Shown piece after piece: positions 25,300 to 40,200 of a stretch of 64,000 nucleotides of DNA. The notes below the pieces were generated by a model that searched no databases, was not told the DNA's origin, and saw only the letters and a list, made by a program, of their open reading frames with translations. The stretch is from Tubiluchus corallicola (Eukaryota > Animalia > Priapulida): positions 434,001 through 498,000 of the forward strand of contig JAQGDQ010000034.1 of NCBI GenBank assembly GCA_030141605.1, given 5' to 3'. Each line of letters starts with the position of its first letter. The first letter of the stretch is position 1. A program made the position numbers and the translations under genes.

Positions 25300-28200
25300 A
25301 TGGATCCGAATCAGTGGGCATACAGTCAGCCGTATGGACGGCTCACTCACCAGGGAGGAAGCTCCGTACCTCCACAGTTATATGAGCAGGCTCTCATGGA
25401 CTCCCTTGCACAACAACAATTAGGTACGCACTTTTGTTGCTCAGAAAGGAATTTTTGCGATTTGTAGTGCAAGAAACGTATCGTGGTGACATAATCAAGA
25501 TTGGCAATAGGTGCCAAGCAATGCTTTCCTGGCTAAATCGTGCTCATTACCATAATTATGATAGCGTGGGACGAACACGAAAAATTAGTTTGACATTTAG
25601 TAATAATTTGTTACTCATTCTGGAAAATGTATCACAGTTTTTTATGCCTGACTGCAACAACTTTATTCGCAGATGTATACATGATATCAGGGTTTTATAA
25701 AGTGAAGGATTAAATGTCCTTTCCTGGTGATCAAAATGCTGGTCTTTATTGAAAAAACTCGACTGCTGTTCAAACTTGGCGTAAAGTTTCTTTTTTAATT
25801 TTTTATTTATATTGCAATAAAATTACTTTCCAGTGGTTTTATCCAAAGTTAAGCATGGAAATTAGAACAATTTATTGTGCAACCTGGATCCTTTAATGAA
25901 AATCTTGCTTAGTGGTAAAAAAAAAAATTGAATCTTACCCAATAAGAAGTTTATTCAATTTAAACATGATTCTGTGACATTACACATTTTTAAAAAAGAT
26001 TGCATCTTATGCATGAATGATAACCAATCTAAAAGACTTACGTACAAGCACTAACATACATTAGATTTTAAACAATCTAAGTTATTCAAACTAAACTTTA
26101 TGAATGATAATTAAGTGGGCCTTCAAACTATCAGCTGTAATAACAGGAATGAGAATTTTCCACGGATGCGCGGAATTCCGAGTTTTTGGAAGATCAGTAG
26201 TGCCATTTTTGTAAATCGCGTAAATTGAGAAAATTTTTACGCGTCCAGTATATTATTTCACAAGCTGACCGCTAGTTGGCAGGCCGCCACTTTGTTTACG
26301 TCACGTACATCAGTTTAACCACGTGTATATCTCTATGTGTAAAAATATAGAATCAATTGTGCGGAGTTATTTGAGTCAATTGCATACAGTTTTTATATAC
26401 TTTTGCATAGGAGCGGCCAGTACTTAGGCGTTTTTGGAACAATTAGGTACCATGTATCCTTGATAGTTGGGTATTATTCAATTATGCATGGAACAACAAG
26501 GTAATTGATATTTTAAGTCCACTTAGAGGCTCTCTATGGTCACAAAATTGCAATTTGTTGCTGGCTCCCAGGGGGCTTTGCCCCTCAACCCCATTGGGGG
26601 GCCTAGGTGTCCCTAAAACTCCCGGCCTGTTTCAGAGTTTTTTGTCATTCTCATCCCTGGTAATAAACATAATCCTATTTATTCTGTACATTGGTATCTA
26701 GCAAACTCTTGTTGTGCATGTACAGTGGATAAAAAGCGTAGAAATCTAAAGTTAGTGCATTATATTCTAACATTGTACAACAATGTAAAATTTCAAATTT
26801 GAAAATCAGGAATGGTTTTTATTAACTTTGAAGGAATTCAGCTTTTCGTAAAGTTTGCCACATGTGTGTTTCATCTATTGGCAGCATTTGCTTATAAATC
26901 TTTTTTGTCTAAGCAAGCATAACTTGATCAAGTGTACACTAAGTTTTACATTATATTTGATGTGTTTAAATGTAATTTGTTCATATGTTTGTGAGTAAGT
27001 TTTGAGGTGCTGGACAACTAGGCAGCTAGAAGTGCTTGGTTGGCCGTTGCAAGGTGTATCCCAAATGTTTATTTGGCATCTCCCGATTTCTCTGTCATAA
27101 AAAATTGCAGCTAATTTGATTTGACGAATATAATTATAATTCGTATTCCTTGTGCTTTTTTCAGCACCGGGTTTATCGCATTCAACATTGCAGCATCAGT
27201 CGTTTCCCAGTTTACCTGGTGTTGGATACGGGCAGGGGTATCACTCTGCTGTTCCGTCCTATGCTGATACCCCCAGTTACAATGCAACCCTGATCAGTTC
27301 TCAGGCAAACGTTTACAAAAGTGGGACTGGAGTCGACTCGATTCCGCCTCACCTTTTTAAGGCATCTGATGAAGGGATACCAACACATTTGAGACCTGCT
27401 GGTAAGGTGGATGTACACCGAAAGATATTGTCATGAAAAGAATAATAGCAAGATATATTAGTCATGTAAACACGCATGTGCACACTTGTCAATACCTGAG
27501 ACAAGTTTTTATTTTTCAAATATGGTTTTGTAACCTTGCACATTTTTTAAAGTTTGCCTCTTGCTTTTTTATCAGTTTAGGTGACATATAGATCCTGTTT
27601 CATGCAACTTATTGCCTAGTATCTTAAAACTATACAATCATTAGTAGAATATAGTAACTAAGAGTAGTAACAGTACTTGAGCAAAACTCTCTTTACTAGT
27701 GCACATGATGCGCCTGTGCAGTAAAGGAGCATTTATAACACACCTTACAATACTAATGTCTGATACTAAAAGTTTCAACTAATTGCAGCTACTGATTACT
27801 TTTGCTATAGTAATCGATATGTTGTCTGATATATAATGTTTGGTCAATCATATTCATCATGGATGCATTGTATTGACCACACAGAATGCACACTGCATTC
27901 CATCCGCCCTGCTGATCTATAAAATTTGCAGTTTGTGACAATTTTGCCGTAAGCAAATGACGCTGCATGTTATTAAGTATTTTGTTTCGTGAATAATTGT
28001 TTTTCTACATAACTAAAGCTGAAGTGCAAATTTTCAGTGTCAAAAAGCAGTGATTAAGTAATGGTGGACCCAGTGACAATGCAATAAACAATGCAAATTT
28101 GACAATGCGATGCGATGAACTTTTCCAACCATATGACAGAGATAATTTGCTTTTTGGATGGCAAAATACAGAGCATTGCACAGAGTATTGTGGAATACAA

Positions 28201-31200
28201 AAACCAAATTATCGTTATCGTATTGTTTGAAAAGCTCATTGCATCGCACTAAAATTTTTCAACGTCAAATTTGCATCTTTTATCGCAGTAAATTACTGTA
28301 AATTAATCGTAAATAATTACAGTGAATTGAATTTATTGCAACAGTTACAGAAAATTACCCAATGGTATTCTAGCATTATTGACGTGCAGCCAGTAATCAT
28401 GTAAGGTGTCTCTGTGTAGCGTAAAATGTAATTACAGGCTGTTTCCTGATCAATGTACAGCTTGCAAAATGTAAGAAATTGCCTTTGTTTTGTCATTAAT
28501 ATAGGTGAGCTTGTCAAATAAATGTGTTAGGCTTACATACATATTGCTACATATTATTATTTCTTATTAGCTGCCCAAAATACAGGCACTGAATGCTTAT
28601 GAAAATACATCGGGTGGTATTTGCGCCTGATTAAGCAGATTAAAGACAACTCAGACAAGTCAATGATTAACTCTTTTGCATAATTCCTGCGCATAATTAG
28701 GAAAAGAAAGTGTAGTGATGGGTTGAAAAATCACTGTGACTCTTGTATTCCTTGAGTAATGTCTATGTGATGAAAAGCTAATCGTTTGTATCAATACGGT
28801 AATCAGTAAAAAGTGATATGATAATTATCGATGCGTATTATTATCATTAACATCCCTAAATTGACCCAATCCAAAGGAATAGTAGGCCAAAGGAAACTGG
28901 TGCTATAACAAAATAGGTTTGAAAAATCTTTTTGGCATTTATGAGTGGGCAAGATCATCAGCCCTTGAGATTTCAACAAATAAGTGAAATAAATCGTTTA
29001 CTTGCAGTCAAGTATGTCCATCAGTTCTTCACAAATCATTTGAGATGTCTTTTTAGTTGAAAATAAACATTGTTGCTAAAAGAACAGCTTAGTTGGCTGT
29101 CTTTTTTGCTTGTAGCTACTTGACTGTTTTTTATTTGTAATTTTTTTTACTTGCTTGTCAATGCTTGTTTGTAAACAATGCAAGTAATTATTAAGTTTAC
29201 TACTAGTACTAATAATAAAATATGAATTGTTTATGTTCAATAGATTTGCATTGATCCTCGTGATTTTTAACTAATTAAGGATAAACTTATTTGTATATTT
29301 GTTTAGGTAATACTAATCAAGGTAGTTCAAAGAACTGGGGTTTATCAAACTTCATGCAGTCCCCGCCACCAAACAACAACCCGCTTGGCGTTCTTCCTCG
29401 AGAAGCTTTACTTAACGAATCGCTCCTAAAGACACGCCTACCGGGCTTGGTCCAGCACGCTTCCATGCCCACGTCTGTGCAGCATCCATCTGGTGCAAGC
29501 GGCAACAACAGCTACCTGTTTCAGCAACAGGCTCACATGAAGGTTTGTCATCATCACTTTACATGCTACTGTTAATGATAGATAAATTTGCAATTTTGCA
29601 TTGTCATTTTTATGTTAAAAACAAATCCTTCTTATTTCCAGGATGACTCAGTGCGGGATTTCCCATACGGATCAAGTCGGTCACCTCAACAACTGAATTT
29701 TCCTGCACAGCAAAGGAATCACAGGCCTCAGCACCAGTCTGAATGGTACAGCATGTTTCTTTTTTTTGATAGAACATGTCCACCATCTTGTAATGTACAG
29801 TGCGAGAGAATAATCACATCCCCAAGATTTGGTCTGCTCAGCTTTTTGAGTATAACTTGGATTGTGAAACTTTCCTTGGACAACGTTGAATTGTTTTATG
29901 TAAAAAATGTTCGATAATAATTATAGGCCTTTAGAATGTGCGAAACAAACTAACAACAATTATTTTGCTGCACAGCAAGCAAAGTACTTCACGTTAGAAT
30001 AAACTATTTTGCTGTTAGTGAAATAACACTTTTAGTTAAGGGAATTCTTACGTATTTTTGTATGTCTTCCAACAAAAAAAAACGTGCACAATTTTTAAAA
30101 TGCAACAAAGCTATGCAAAATTATGTTGTTTAGTTAATTTGCTGGCTGTTTTGGTTTATTTTGCATCTGGACCTATATGTGGCTTAATGAAACTTTGTGC
30201 TTCTCTAAAAAAATAGTTGGACCAGTTGGCATTTCGTTATTATTTTTTATAGGAACACCGGCGACAACCTGTTTTTGCAACAACGGTCACCTCCCCAACA
30301 ACAAGTGGCATCTCCAAGCACAAACCAAATGTTTGGCAGCTCTGCCCCACCAGCACAGCCTATTACCAGCAGCCACATGCCACAGTCGATATCATCGTAT
30401 AAGACTCAGGGCAGTGGCACCATATATGGCAGTGGTCAAGACATGGAACAATCTAAGTCTCAGGAACAAGGAAAATTTCACTTTCCCACCTATGGTAGTC
30501 CGAGTTCAGGCTACAGCTCGAGCAATCAATCAGCAGCTTATGCATCAGATGGTCACTCATTCGTGCCACAGCAACAATCGAATACAACCCCATCTGTAAG
30601 TCAGCATTCTCAGGGGACAATGCCTGCAGAAAATCACCAGTCAGCTAACCGTGCTTACCAGCAGAATGTGCCCAGTGGGAACTTGGACACAGTGCGCAAA
30701 GAAAAGGAAAGGTTTTCGACATTAAACTTAAATGATATATCCGCGAATGCCGTGGAAAACATTACCAAACAAGTGTCGCCGGAATACGCTAAAGGAAGGA
30801 AGCATAAGAAAAGCAAGAAGAAGTCAGATGATAAGCATAAAAGGAAGGATTTTGCTGAGTCAAAGCCTGTAACAAAAGCAGCTCTCGAAGAAGCAGCGCA
30901 AGACGTAAGTGTGCCGGCAAATATAGCGGTCGCATCTAATAGCATCACATCTGTTTCTGAACAGGAAACCAGCGCAGAATTAAAAATGCATCAGAAACTT
31001 TCATCAGAACCTCTGCAGAAGAATGGCAAGGAAAGTGTAAAACTGCAGGATGATGATGGATTGGACAAAATTGATTCGTCGAAGCCTGAATCTTCCAGTA
31101 ACAAACCAAAAGCATTACCAGATGAAACTTCGTCTTTAGATATTAAATCTCCTTCTCCGTCAATGCCTGTGTTGGAAGCAGCGAATTATCCCAGTATGGT

Positions 31201-34200
31201 TTCTCCTGACAACAACGGAGATCAGGAACGGCCGACGCTTCAGCCGGAAGTGAATGGTTTAGAAACAGAGTCCAATTCGAATGACGTGCCGGCTTTGAGT
31301 AGCAAAGACGTGTTAGAGAAGGCTATGATGCTCGGTAAGGAAAATGAGGCCAAATACTTGCCGCAAGTTGACGACGAGTTTGAGGGCTTGCGGAGTGGTG
31401 TGGAAAGCCGACCTCCTGCTGTTCAAAGTAAGTCCCATCTGAATGCCTTTCAGGATACGTTTCTGAGCTTTGTCGATGGTGTTAAGACACCCACTCTGTC
31501 GCAAATCCACGGCACTAAAAGAAACGCCATGTCCGGTCGACGTAGTGGTAGAGATTCTGTTGCCATGAGTTCCACAGTTGTTGATAAAGTAAAGAAAACT
31601 GAAGATGTTAGTGAACGGGAACCTTCCTCAAAGAAGCGGACTTCAAAGCGGTCTAAACGGAAATCGGGTGTTGATAATAAGAGTGATACAGAGACCAGTG
31701 TTGACTTGAGTGACTCTTCAAATAGTGTACTTGACGAAATTATCTATGGTTTCCCTAAGCAGAAAAAGAAGAAGTCCAAGACATCTCCTACGCCGCCTCC
31801 AGAAGAACCTAAACCTCCTGTGGACAGCGATGATTTTGAGGCATTGATCGACATCTCAGCAGCTGGAAAGATAACAGCTGTTGGAAAAAAGCAGCATGAT
31901 GATGCCAAATCAAAGCGACAACATAATACCAATAGTGATTCAAATGGTGAGGTTTTTTGCAGTTGTTTTACTCATTCAGTTACTGGTGGTGTGTTTTCAA
32001 TAAAGAATTATTTACATAGTTGAAAATAGATTAATTGGTTTAAGTCTAAAGTTTTAAGTTTTCATAAACGTAACACCTCACATTTGCATATGTCAATACA
32101 TGACTAAATGAGAAGTGCTACAGAAGATATGTCTAATTTACCAACAGATTAAAAAGCTAGATCAGCTTGCTGGTTGCAAAATTGTGTCAAAATGTTAGCC
32201 TAATAATTAGTATAAGATAACTTGTTTATTTCATTTTCTTCATAAAATGCAAATAGATCTTTGCTTGTTAGAATCTGAACCATTAACACTTGAAAGGGTC
32301 CGTTTGTCGAATTTGGGTATGCATACATCTGATTTCAAATTTCTCTTACTATTTTTACAGTTTGTGTTTTTTATATTTTAAGTTATTTTATGCAAGAAGT
32401 GTATGTTTTCATTTCTGTGTAAGGGCTTAATGCTTGTTCTTACTTTGGATATTAACTTTGGTATTACATTTAGCTGAATCCTGGGAAATACCTGCCCCTT
32501 GTTACAAATTTCGATTGTGCCATGCCATAAACTCCTAGGGAACATTTGACTTTCTATGTTGTTTATCATATACCTCAAATCGTTTGTTCTCTGGGATAGA
32601 TGATGGCGAATGGGCACCTACCTCAAAAAAACCAAGACAAAAAAGTTCTCGCAAAAAGTCCCACAAGCAGGATGACGAACCCCCGCCTGCACCCAGGCGC
32701 ACGCGGCCGGAAAGGCAGTGTAAGAAGCAAGCAGAAGCCAAGCGCCGGAAAATGATGGAACGAAAAACTAGTAAGTGCGAAATGAGATAAGCTTTCTAGA
32801 GTGATTAATCATTTAGTCACCCAGAAATTATTTGTTTTTGCAGACATTGTCCAAAGTTGCTGCTGCCAGATTTTTTGTCAGAAATGATGGGATTGGTGGT
32901 GTAAATTTAATTCTTAATGACAAGAATAATGACAATCAGTTTAACTTCAAAAAAATCCGCACAGTTAAGAGACAGCATTTTGAGCCATGTTGTTTGTGTT
33001 CGGGTGAAAGAATGAGAAAAACAGAGGAAAAATCACATAAGATCACTATAAAAAGTGTAAAAGAATCTGGTTTTTTACGTGATACTTCTGAAATGATATA
33101 ATTATTTTGCATCTGTGTGTTTATTAATGAAGTTGTAGAGGTTGATCTGCTTCTAGTATTAGCCCATACTGTTGGTTGTATGGAAAAAACATTCTCTAGA
33201 CAGTTTTTGTTGGCCCAACCACGCACCCTATTACTTTACATTGAACTTTAGTTTAACTCAGAAATCATTTAAGACTTCTGAGCTTAACCAAAATTTTGTG
33301 CTGCACTATATATACGCAATAGACCTCAGCATGCACTTGTAAATGAAGAAACACCAACCATATTCAGGTTCAACCAGCAAGTGTGTTAATTGTGAAATTT
33401 AGCGACATTGTAACTTCACTTTTCAAGCTTTTTAATGATTGTTTAATAACTATGTAATTATCAAGGCAGCCATGCTCGGCTTGCCACTTCTGCAATTGTA
33501 CTTGATCGCGGCTTGCTAAACAAAGATGAAATAGAAATTTAATCACAGTTTAGTGGTCTCAAATTATGTTCAGAATCATCTCGCATATACATACTTTTAC
33601 TTTATGTAACATCTATGCTTGATAGTTGCGAGTATTGCCTAATGCATCTCTGTTTGATCCAAGTTGTCGGATGTTGTTTGCTAAACCAATTGTTTCATGA
33701 GAATTTCGGCTAGTCATTAAAATCAGTATTCATGATCGACATTCTTAGCATTTTGCACCATTTTTATATTTATGGCATTTGGTGGTCGATACTCAGCGAT
33801 GGGTGAGGTTTAAAATGTAATGATAATAATAATTTTATTGCCCAAATTCCATGTAAAAATGCTTTCTAGCATGCAAACATTTAAATACCTATGATCCATG
33901 TTTTAAAGAAAATAGTTTTGTAAACGATTAAAAGGCTGAGTTTACTACGTTATATAGACACAGATTAAAATAACAAAAAAAACGTATTTTCACAAAATAT
34001 GCTAGTGAGTCGTCGGAATTCTGTCAACAAGCCAAATCTGTAGTGATAGTGAGCCACATGTAAATATTTTGTTATTCTTCTAGCTGGACATAAAAATTTA
34101 GCTACACAGTGTTTTGAGTGCATATTGGTGATTGCTCATTTCTCTCAACATTTTTCTCTTAACAGATGTCAAACAGGTTTACTCTGATGATGATTTCGGA

Positions 34201-37200
34201 AGCGAGTTGAGCGATTCCGTCGAGTTTGTTGAATTTGCGTCGGACTTACGGGAGCCGGAGCCCGAAAGTTCTGATAAGGATCCTGGCTGGACACCAGTTG
34301 AACTTAAGGTAGTATACACAGTTCCATATTATCTATTGTGTTAATTTTGCTTTTTGACAAAATTAATATTGTTTTTACTAGTCTGTTAACTTTCTTCATC
34401 ACTTCTCATTTTTTTAATACAGCTATTGTATTACATTTAGATGTGTTACATTCATTATCCTGTGTCAACTGTGTATATTGGTTCTTGCGCTAATTTATCT
34501 TCACTCATGTATCTGATTTGAATTTGTTTTTATCTAGGAAAAAGAAGATGCTAAGGTTGAACCCGCTGCTTCTGATTCTGAAATCGAGAGTGATGGAGAT
34601 TTGCCACGAAAGCGGAAACAAGTTGGAAGGTTGGCATCTATGACCTTACTTATCTGTTAGTTCTGTAGATATACGTTTTCAACGCGCTAATAAATGCAAA
34701 CATAGCATTACTCATTTACATAAAAGAAACATTTACACTATCTGTTATGATAGTGTAAAGTACATTCGTAAGTACAATCTGTACAATTGTTCTTATAATT
34801 TGCACCAATTCTTGGAGACACATTTGAGTGTACTTTTTGGGAAGCTGCATCTGTTATGTGCTGTCTGGGTTGCTACTTCCGAAGGTAATGTATACAATTT
34901 TGTTGCACACTGGTATAATAGGCTTCCTATTCTCACATGTGATGTTTACTAGCCTTGCAATGAACTGTTTCGTTGCTGGAGCTGCAACGTGTAGGTATTT
35001 GCCATTATGTTAGTTTTGTTCACTGTTTTATTCATTTATTACTATTTTTTGTCGTTTTTCTTTTTCTTATTTCTATTACATTTGAGCCATTTCATCCTCT
35101 GTATTGGATTATTAATTTACGTTTAATTATCAGTCATTTACATTTATCATCATCTGTTTGTTTTTCCAAGGCAAAAGAAACGTAAGAAAAGTGGACCAAA
35201 GAGGGCAGCACCTAGTACGACGCCAGCCACCACGACAAAGCCATCGGCCGCAAAACCTGTAAAATACGTTGAACCCGAACCAGTCTCGAAGTATAAAGTA
35301 AGTTTAACTTTTTGCTAACATTTTTTACGTATGTTGATGAGTTGCTACTCGAAATAGGTGCTGACCATAGAGGCTCAACATAATCGCAGTTGCTTTGGGG
35401 CCTGACATGGTGTACCATTGTCGGATGTCAAGTCTTTTTGGGAAAATAATTATTGGCTAATACTTCAGATCAGTGGTGCACCGATCAATCAATTTAATCG
35501 ATTATCGATTACATTGCAAGTCACCAGAATCCACAAAAATTGCACGATAAACATAATATCATTCTGATAATATCGTTTCTGCATTGATTCTGCATGGGCC
35601 CATTTAAAAACTGGATGCCACTAGCGCTGTCTGCAAACTGTATAGAAGTGTATACACAAACAAGGCTTGAAAATCGATTAGAATCGATCATCGAATCCAT
35701 TTGTGTCTGATTAATTTCGATTATGAAAATCAAGCCAATGTGTTACCACTTTTTTGAGTTGTTTGCTTACTTAGCTACATGCAACACGTTTTCTTATATA
35801 TTAATTAGAACTCAAAGTTTACTAGTGGCATGTAAATTGAAAACTAGACAACTTTTAATGAGTAACAATGTCTATTACAGAAAGGTGACTTTGTGGTACT
35901 GAAGAGTGATATCAACACCGTAGATTGTCCAATATGGCGGGTCGACAGTTCAAACCTCTTGCAGAAATATCAACCGTACGAGGAGCGCGGCAAATGTCTT
36001 TACAAAGCTATATCTACAGTGAGTATACTTAACTATGTCTGCTGTGTGGTGTTATGTTAAAATTAAAAATGCTTCGGCAGTCTGTTTTTTTGGCCTTTGA
36101 TATCTTTCCTGTAAGTAGTAAAATTTAATTGTTAAATGGAAAACAAGAATGCTAATGATGTGTTAAACATAATATTACAATTTTATTGCAAATGATACTG
36201 AATAAATATACTAACGTATTTGTTACACCGATGGCTTTCTTTTTTCTAATCAAATTTTGATTTTCACCTAGTAAGAGTCTATTGTCTTTATAAAAATGAA
36301 ATTACTTGCAAATAATAAAGTCCCTCTTTTTTGGTTTCTATTTTAATTAAGTTTCGGTTTCTCGACAGATGAAAATGTTTGTTTTCCGGTCACTAATTTT
36401 TTGTTCAAACCTCATACATAGTAAAACTTTTGAATTTTGGTATGCTTTTGATTTATATAAGAAATTATTTATCTAAATTTTTGGCTATTTGCTGGTTTTC
36501 GGTATCTTGAAACAAGTATTATTATTCCCAACATTCAGAAGGTAACGTACCAGTGTGATAGAATTTGAGCAAAACTGAGAATTTACAAGTAATATTTGAA
36601 GAATCTTAGTAAGTTATAAATGTCGCTTTTAATTGCAGTTAAATCTTGAATCTATTTTGAATGAAAGGTGCTTCTCAACAATATCATGAACTTTGGAAAG
36701 TACTGCAAATGTGTTCATATATGCTGTGTAATTTTTTAGCATTTTAGTATATTTTATCGGCATAAATGCTGTACATAATTGCATTTTGCGGTATAATTTA
36801 GTACTTCGGCTGCTCTTGATTTGAGAATAAAGTTTTATTATTATATCTATTTATTAATGCAGAATACTTTACTTGTTTAGTATTCTGGCTGGGGCAGAAA
36901 CACAGAAGCTGGATATCAGCCAGTTCAGGTTAGATGCCTGAGATCTAACGGTTCAAATCCCGTAATATTGGAACTTCTTGCTGAGATAAGGTTGGCTGAT
37001 AAGTAAGTATTGGTATTAATTGATTGGTTGGTAGATCATTTAAATTTATTTATTCATCGTTGTTTAGTTGATTGATTGGTTTGTTGACTGTGATTGTTTG
37101 ATTGATTGATTGATTGATTGATGGACTGACTGACTTTGGTTGGTTGGTTTGGTTTAGGCAGTTATTCGGTCGATCAATCTCTGATTGATTGATTAAATGA

Positions 37201-37217
37201 TTTGGTTGGTCTGTTGG

Positions 37218-37249
<32 letters not shown>

Positions 37250-40200
37250 CTGACTGACTGACTACTGACTGACTGACTGATTGACTGACTGACTGATTTA
37301 TTTATTGATTAACTGAATGGCTGGCTAGCTGGCTCACTTACTGACTGACTAACGTATTGTTTTGTTGCTTTTGCTTTTGCAGTGAACTTCCACCTCTTAC
37401 TGTGCAACAGAATGAAGCCCTCGAATCCCACGATATGAGAGACGTTTTCAATATTTATACCCAAGTGTTACTAAGTCAAGTGCTGGATCCTGAATTTATC
37501 ACAGAAGTTAAACGAGAAAATGGTGAGTTTTGAACCGAATCCTTATTTGAAGATTTCATCCTTTTACCTTTTACTGACTTACTCTTTGAGAAATGACTCG
37601 CTTTGCTTTCAAAAAATGGAAATGCAGCAACTATCTTGTTTACAAGACTTCGGAAGACATTTTTGTTACTATTATGATCATTAATTTGATGGTGCAAAAT
37701 TGTACCTACGAATCAAAAACCTGAAAAACTTTATCTTTTAGTGGGCCTCACATTCAGGCCTCTTAATTTCAGGCAGCTGTTCTAGCTGATGTGTCACAGA
37801 GAAACTTTTCCCTATCCCAAAAAAACTTCTATTGTTTGGAAAAAAAATTGACATGAGCTAATTGGAAATGAATTACAAGTGGTACTTAGCATAAGGTATT
37901 TATATGTTGACTCTGAACTTCTTGCAAAATGTTGCCATGAAGCTCAGCTTGTTTTTTTTTTTTTTTGCTCGACAAACCCTGAGTGGTAAGCTTTCAATTT
38001 CAGATGACTACTTTCTCGATGCGATGAAAGTGATAGATGACGTCATAAGTGACAAAATTGAAACACTACAAGGATTAGTTCACTGGAACACAGTTGAATA
38101 TCAGGTACGTAAAACTGGATTCACCAAGAACCATGTTAGATATTTTCGGTGCTATGTATAACCTGAATGCTCAATACTTCATCCAAACTTTTTATAAATG
38201 CGTGATTACCGTCTAAAGCTTTCTTTGTCACTCATTACAGGATGCTTTAGAAGAATATCCTTTCTTTAGGCAAACGCCAGGAGATATTCCATTAGAGCCT
38301 TGTCAGGTATGCATTTATTAGAGTTTGCAATACGTCGTCACTTTGTAGCCATTTTTCTTCTCTTGCTGCTACAACAGTCGCTCACAAACGTGTTTTTACT
38401 CGGAGATTTTTTTATTAAAGGCCTATATAATCTCAACAGACATTGAAGTTTTTAACACATTATTATGATTTCACAAAGAATTGATAGTTACTATTAAACA
38501 TATTAAACAAAGGAAACTTATAAATTAAATAACTTTACTTTTTCCGGCGAATTTAGAATGTAAAGATCGTCATGTTTTGCGTCTTTGGCGCGAGTGAGCG
38601 AGAATGATGTACGAGTTACAGAAAGCGTCTTTGGTTACTGATGTTTGTTTAATGATCTTTGGTGACCTCGTGACTGCACTCATTCATCTCTTATAACAAG
38701 AAATAGCAGTTCAAATAATTTTAATCCCATTAACAACGAAGTGATAAAAAATCAAAAGAAACGAGTTTCACAGTAAATTCATAGCTAATAAATTGAATAT
38801 TCGTAATGAGAGTAGGATTTTAAGTTGTGAAAGTTTATATTATAGTGAGGGTTCAGTTTGATTTTTAAGTTTTGTAGTTCTAGTCATAGGTCGCTATCCC
38901 ATTGAATTTGCTTTCCGTACTCGCCACCTTCTTTTTCGCTTTTTGCAAAAGTTGCTTGAACTGTAATTGTCGGTTTTTGTTGTATTCATGAGAAAGTTGG
39001 TTTAAGGGTAAAATTTACCTTCTATGATGTGTTTCATTCTTGCATTGAAGTAATCTGATAACATTCAATACAAAAATTATGCATTGTTGATTTTTACTGT
39101 ATAGGCATGCAAAGTTATAACACGACCAGCTACAAAATATGTAAATTTCTCTGGAGAAACCTACAACCGAGATACACTAACCATTATAAAGCAAGCAGAT
39201 CATATCGAAGTAAGTATTTGGAATTTCTAAAGCACACTGTTATATATTTTTTGATTTCTGATGCCTAGTCGTCTAATCATGATGAATATTAGTGGCTCTA
39301 TCCTTCGATTGTCATGGGATAGTATTCTTAAATAACAAATAGTTATATGCTTTTTATTTGTGGTGTCTGTAAATGTCTAATCGTAATGAATACAAATGGC
39401 TGCATCCTTGGTTAATCGTGGGAATCACAAGTGTATTGGTTTCTATGGTAAATCTCACTTAACTTTGGTGGAAGCCATTTTATTAGTTAATGATTGTTTG
39501 ATAACTATGTAATTATCAAGGCAGTCATGCTGTGCTTGCCACTTCTGCAATTCTACTCGATCACGGCTTGCTAAACAAAGATGAAATAGAAATTTTATCA
39601 CAGTTTAATGGTCTCAAATTATGTTCAGTATCATCTCGCGTCTACATACTTTTAGTTTATGTGACATCTATGCTTGATAGTTGCGAGTATTGCGTAATGC
39701 ATCTCTGTTTAATCCAAGTTGTCAGATGTTGTTGGCCTAACCAATTGTTTCATGACAATCTCGGCTAGTCATTAAAATCAGTATTTATGATCAACATTCT
39801 TAGCATTTTGCACCATTTTTATATTTATGGCATTTGGTGGTCGATACTCAGCGATGGGTGGGGCTTAAAATGTAACGATAAAAATAATTTTATTGCCCAA
39901 ATTCCATGTAAAAATGCTTTTTAGCATGCAAACATTAAAAAACCTATGATCCATATTTTAAATAACATAGTTTTGTAAATGATTAAAAGGCTGAGTTTAT
40001 TACGTTATATAGACACAGATTAAAATAACAAAAAAACTTATTTTCACAAAATATGATAGTGAATCGTGGGAATTCTCTCAACAAGCCAAAATGAAGTATC
40101 GTGTATAAAGACGCTGGCATTTTGTAAGTGGAAAGGGGAGGGTATAAGAAATCTGGCGTTTGATAAAGAACCTACGTTGGTTAAAACAAGATGAGCTGCT

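Noticed and set aside
28713-28858. TAGTGATG...CATCCCTA hAT-like termini
   Set aside because: Only an imperfect 8-bp inverted repeat and no target duplication; too weak to call.
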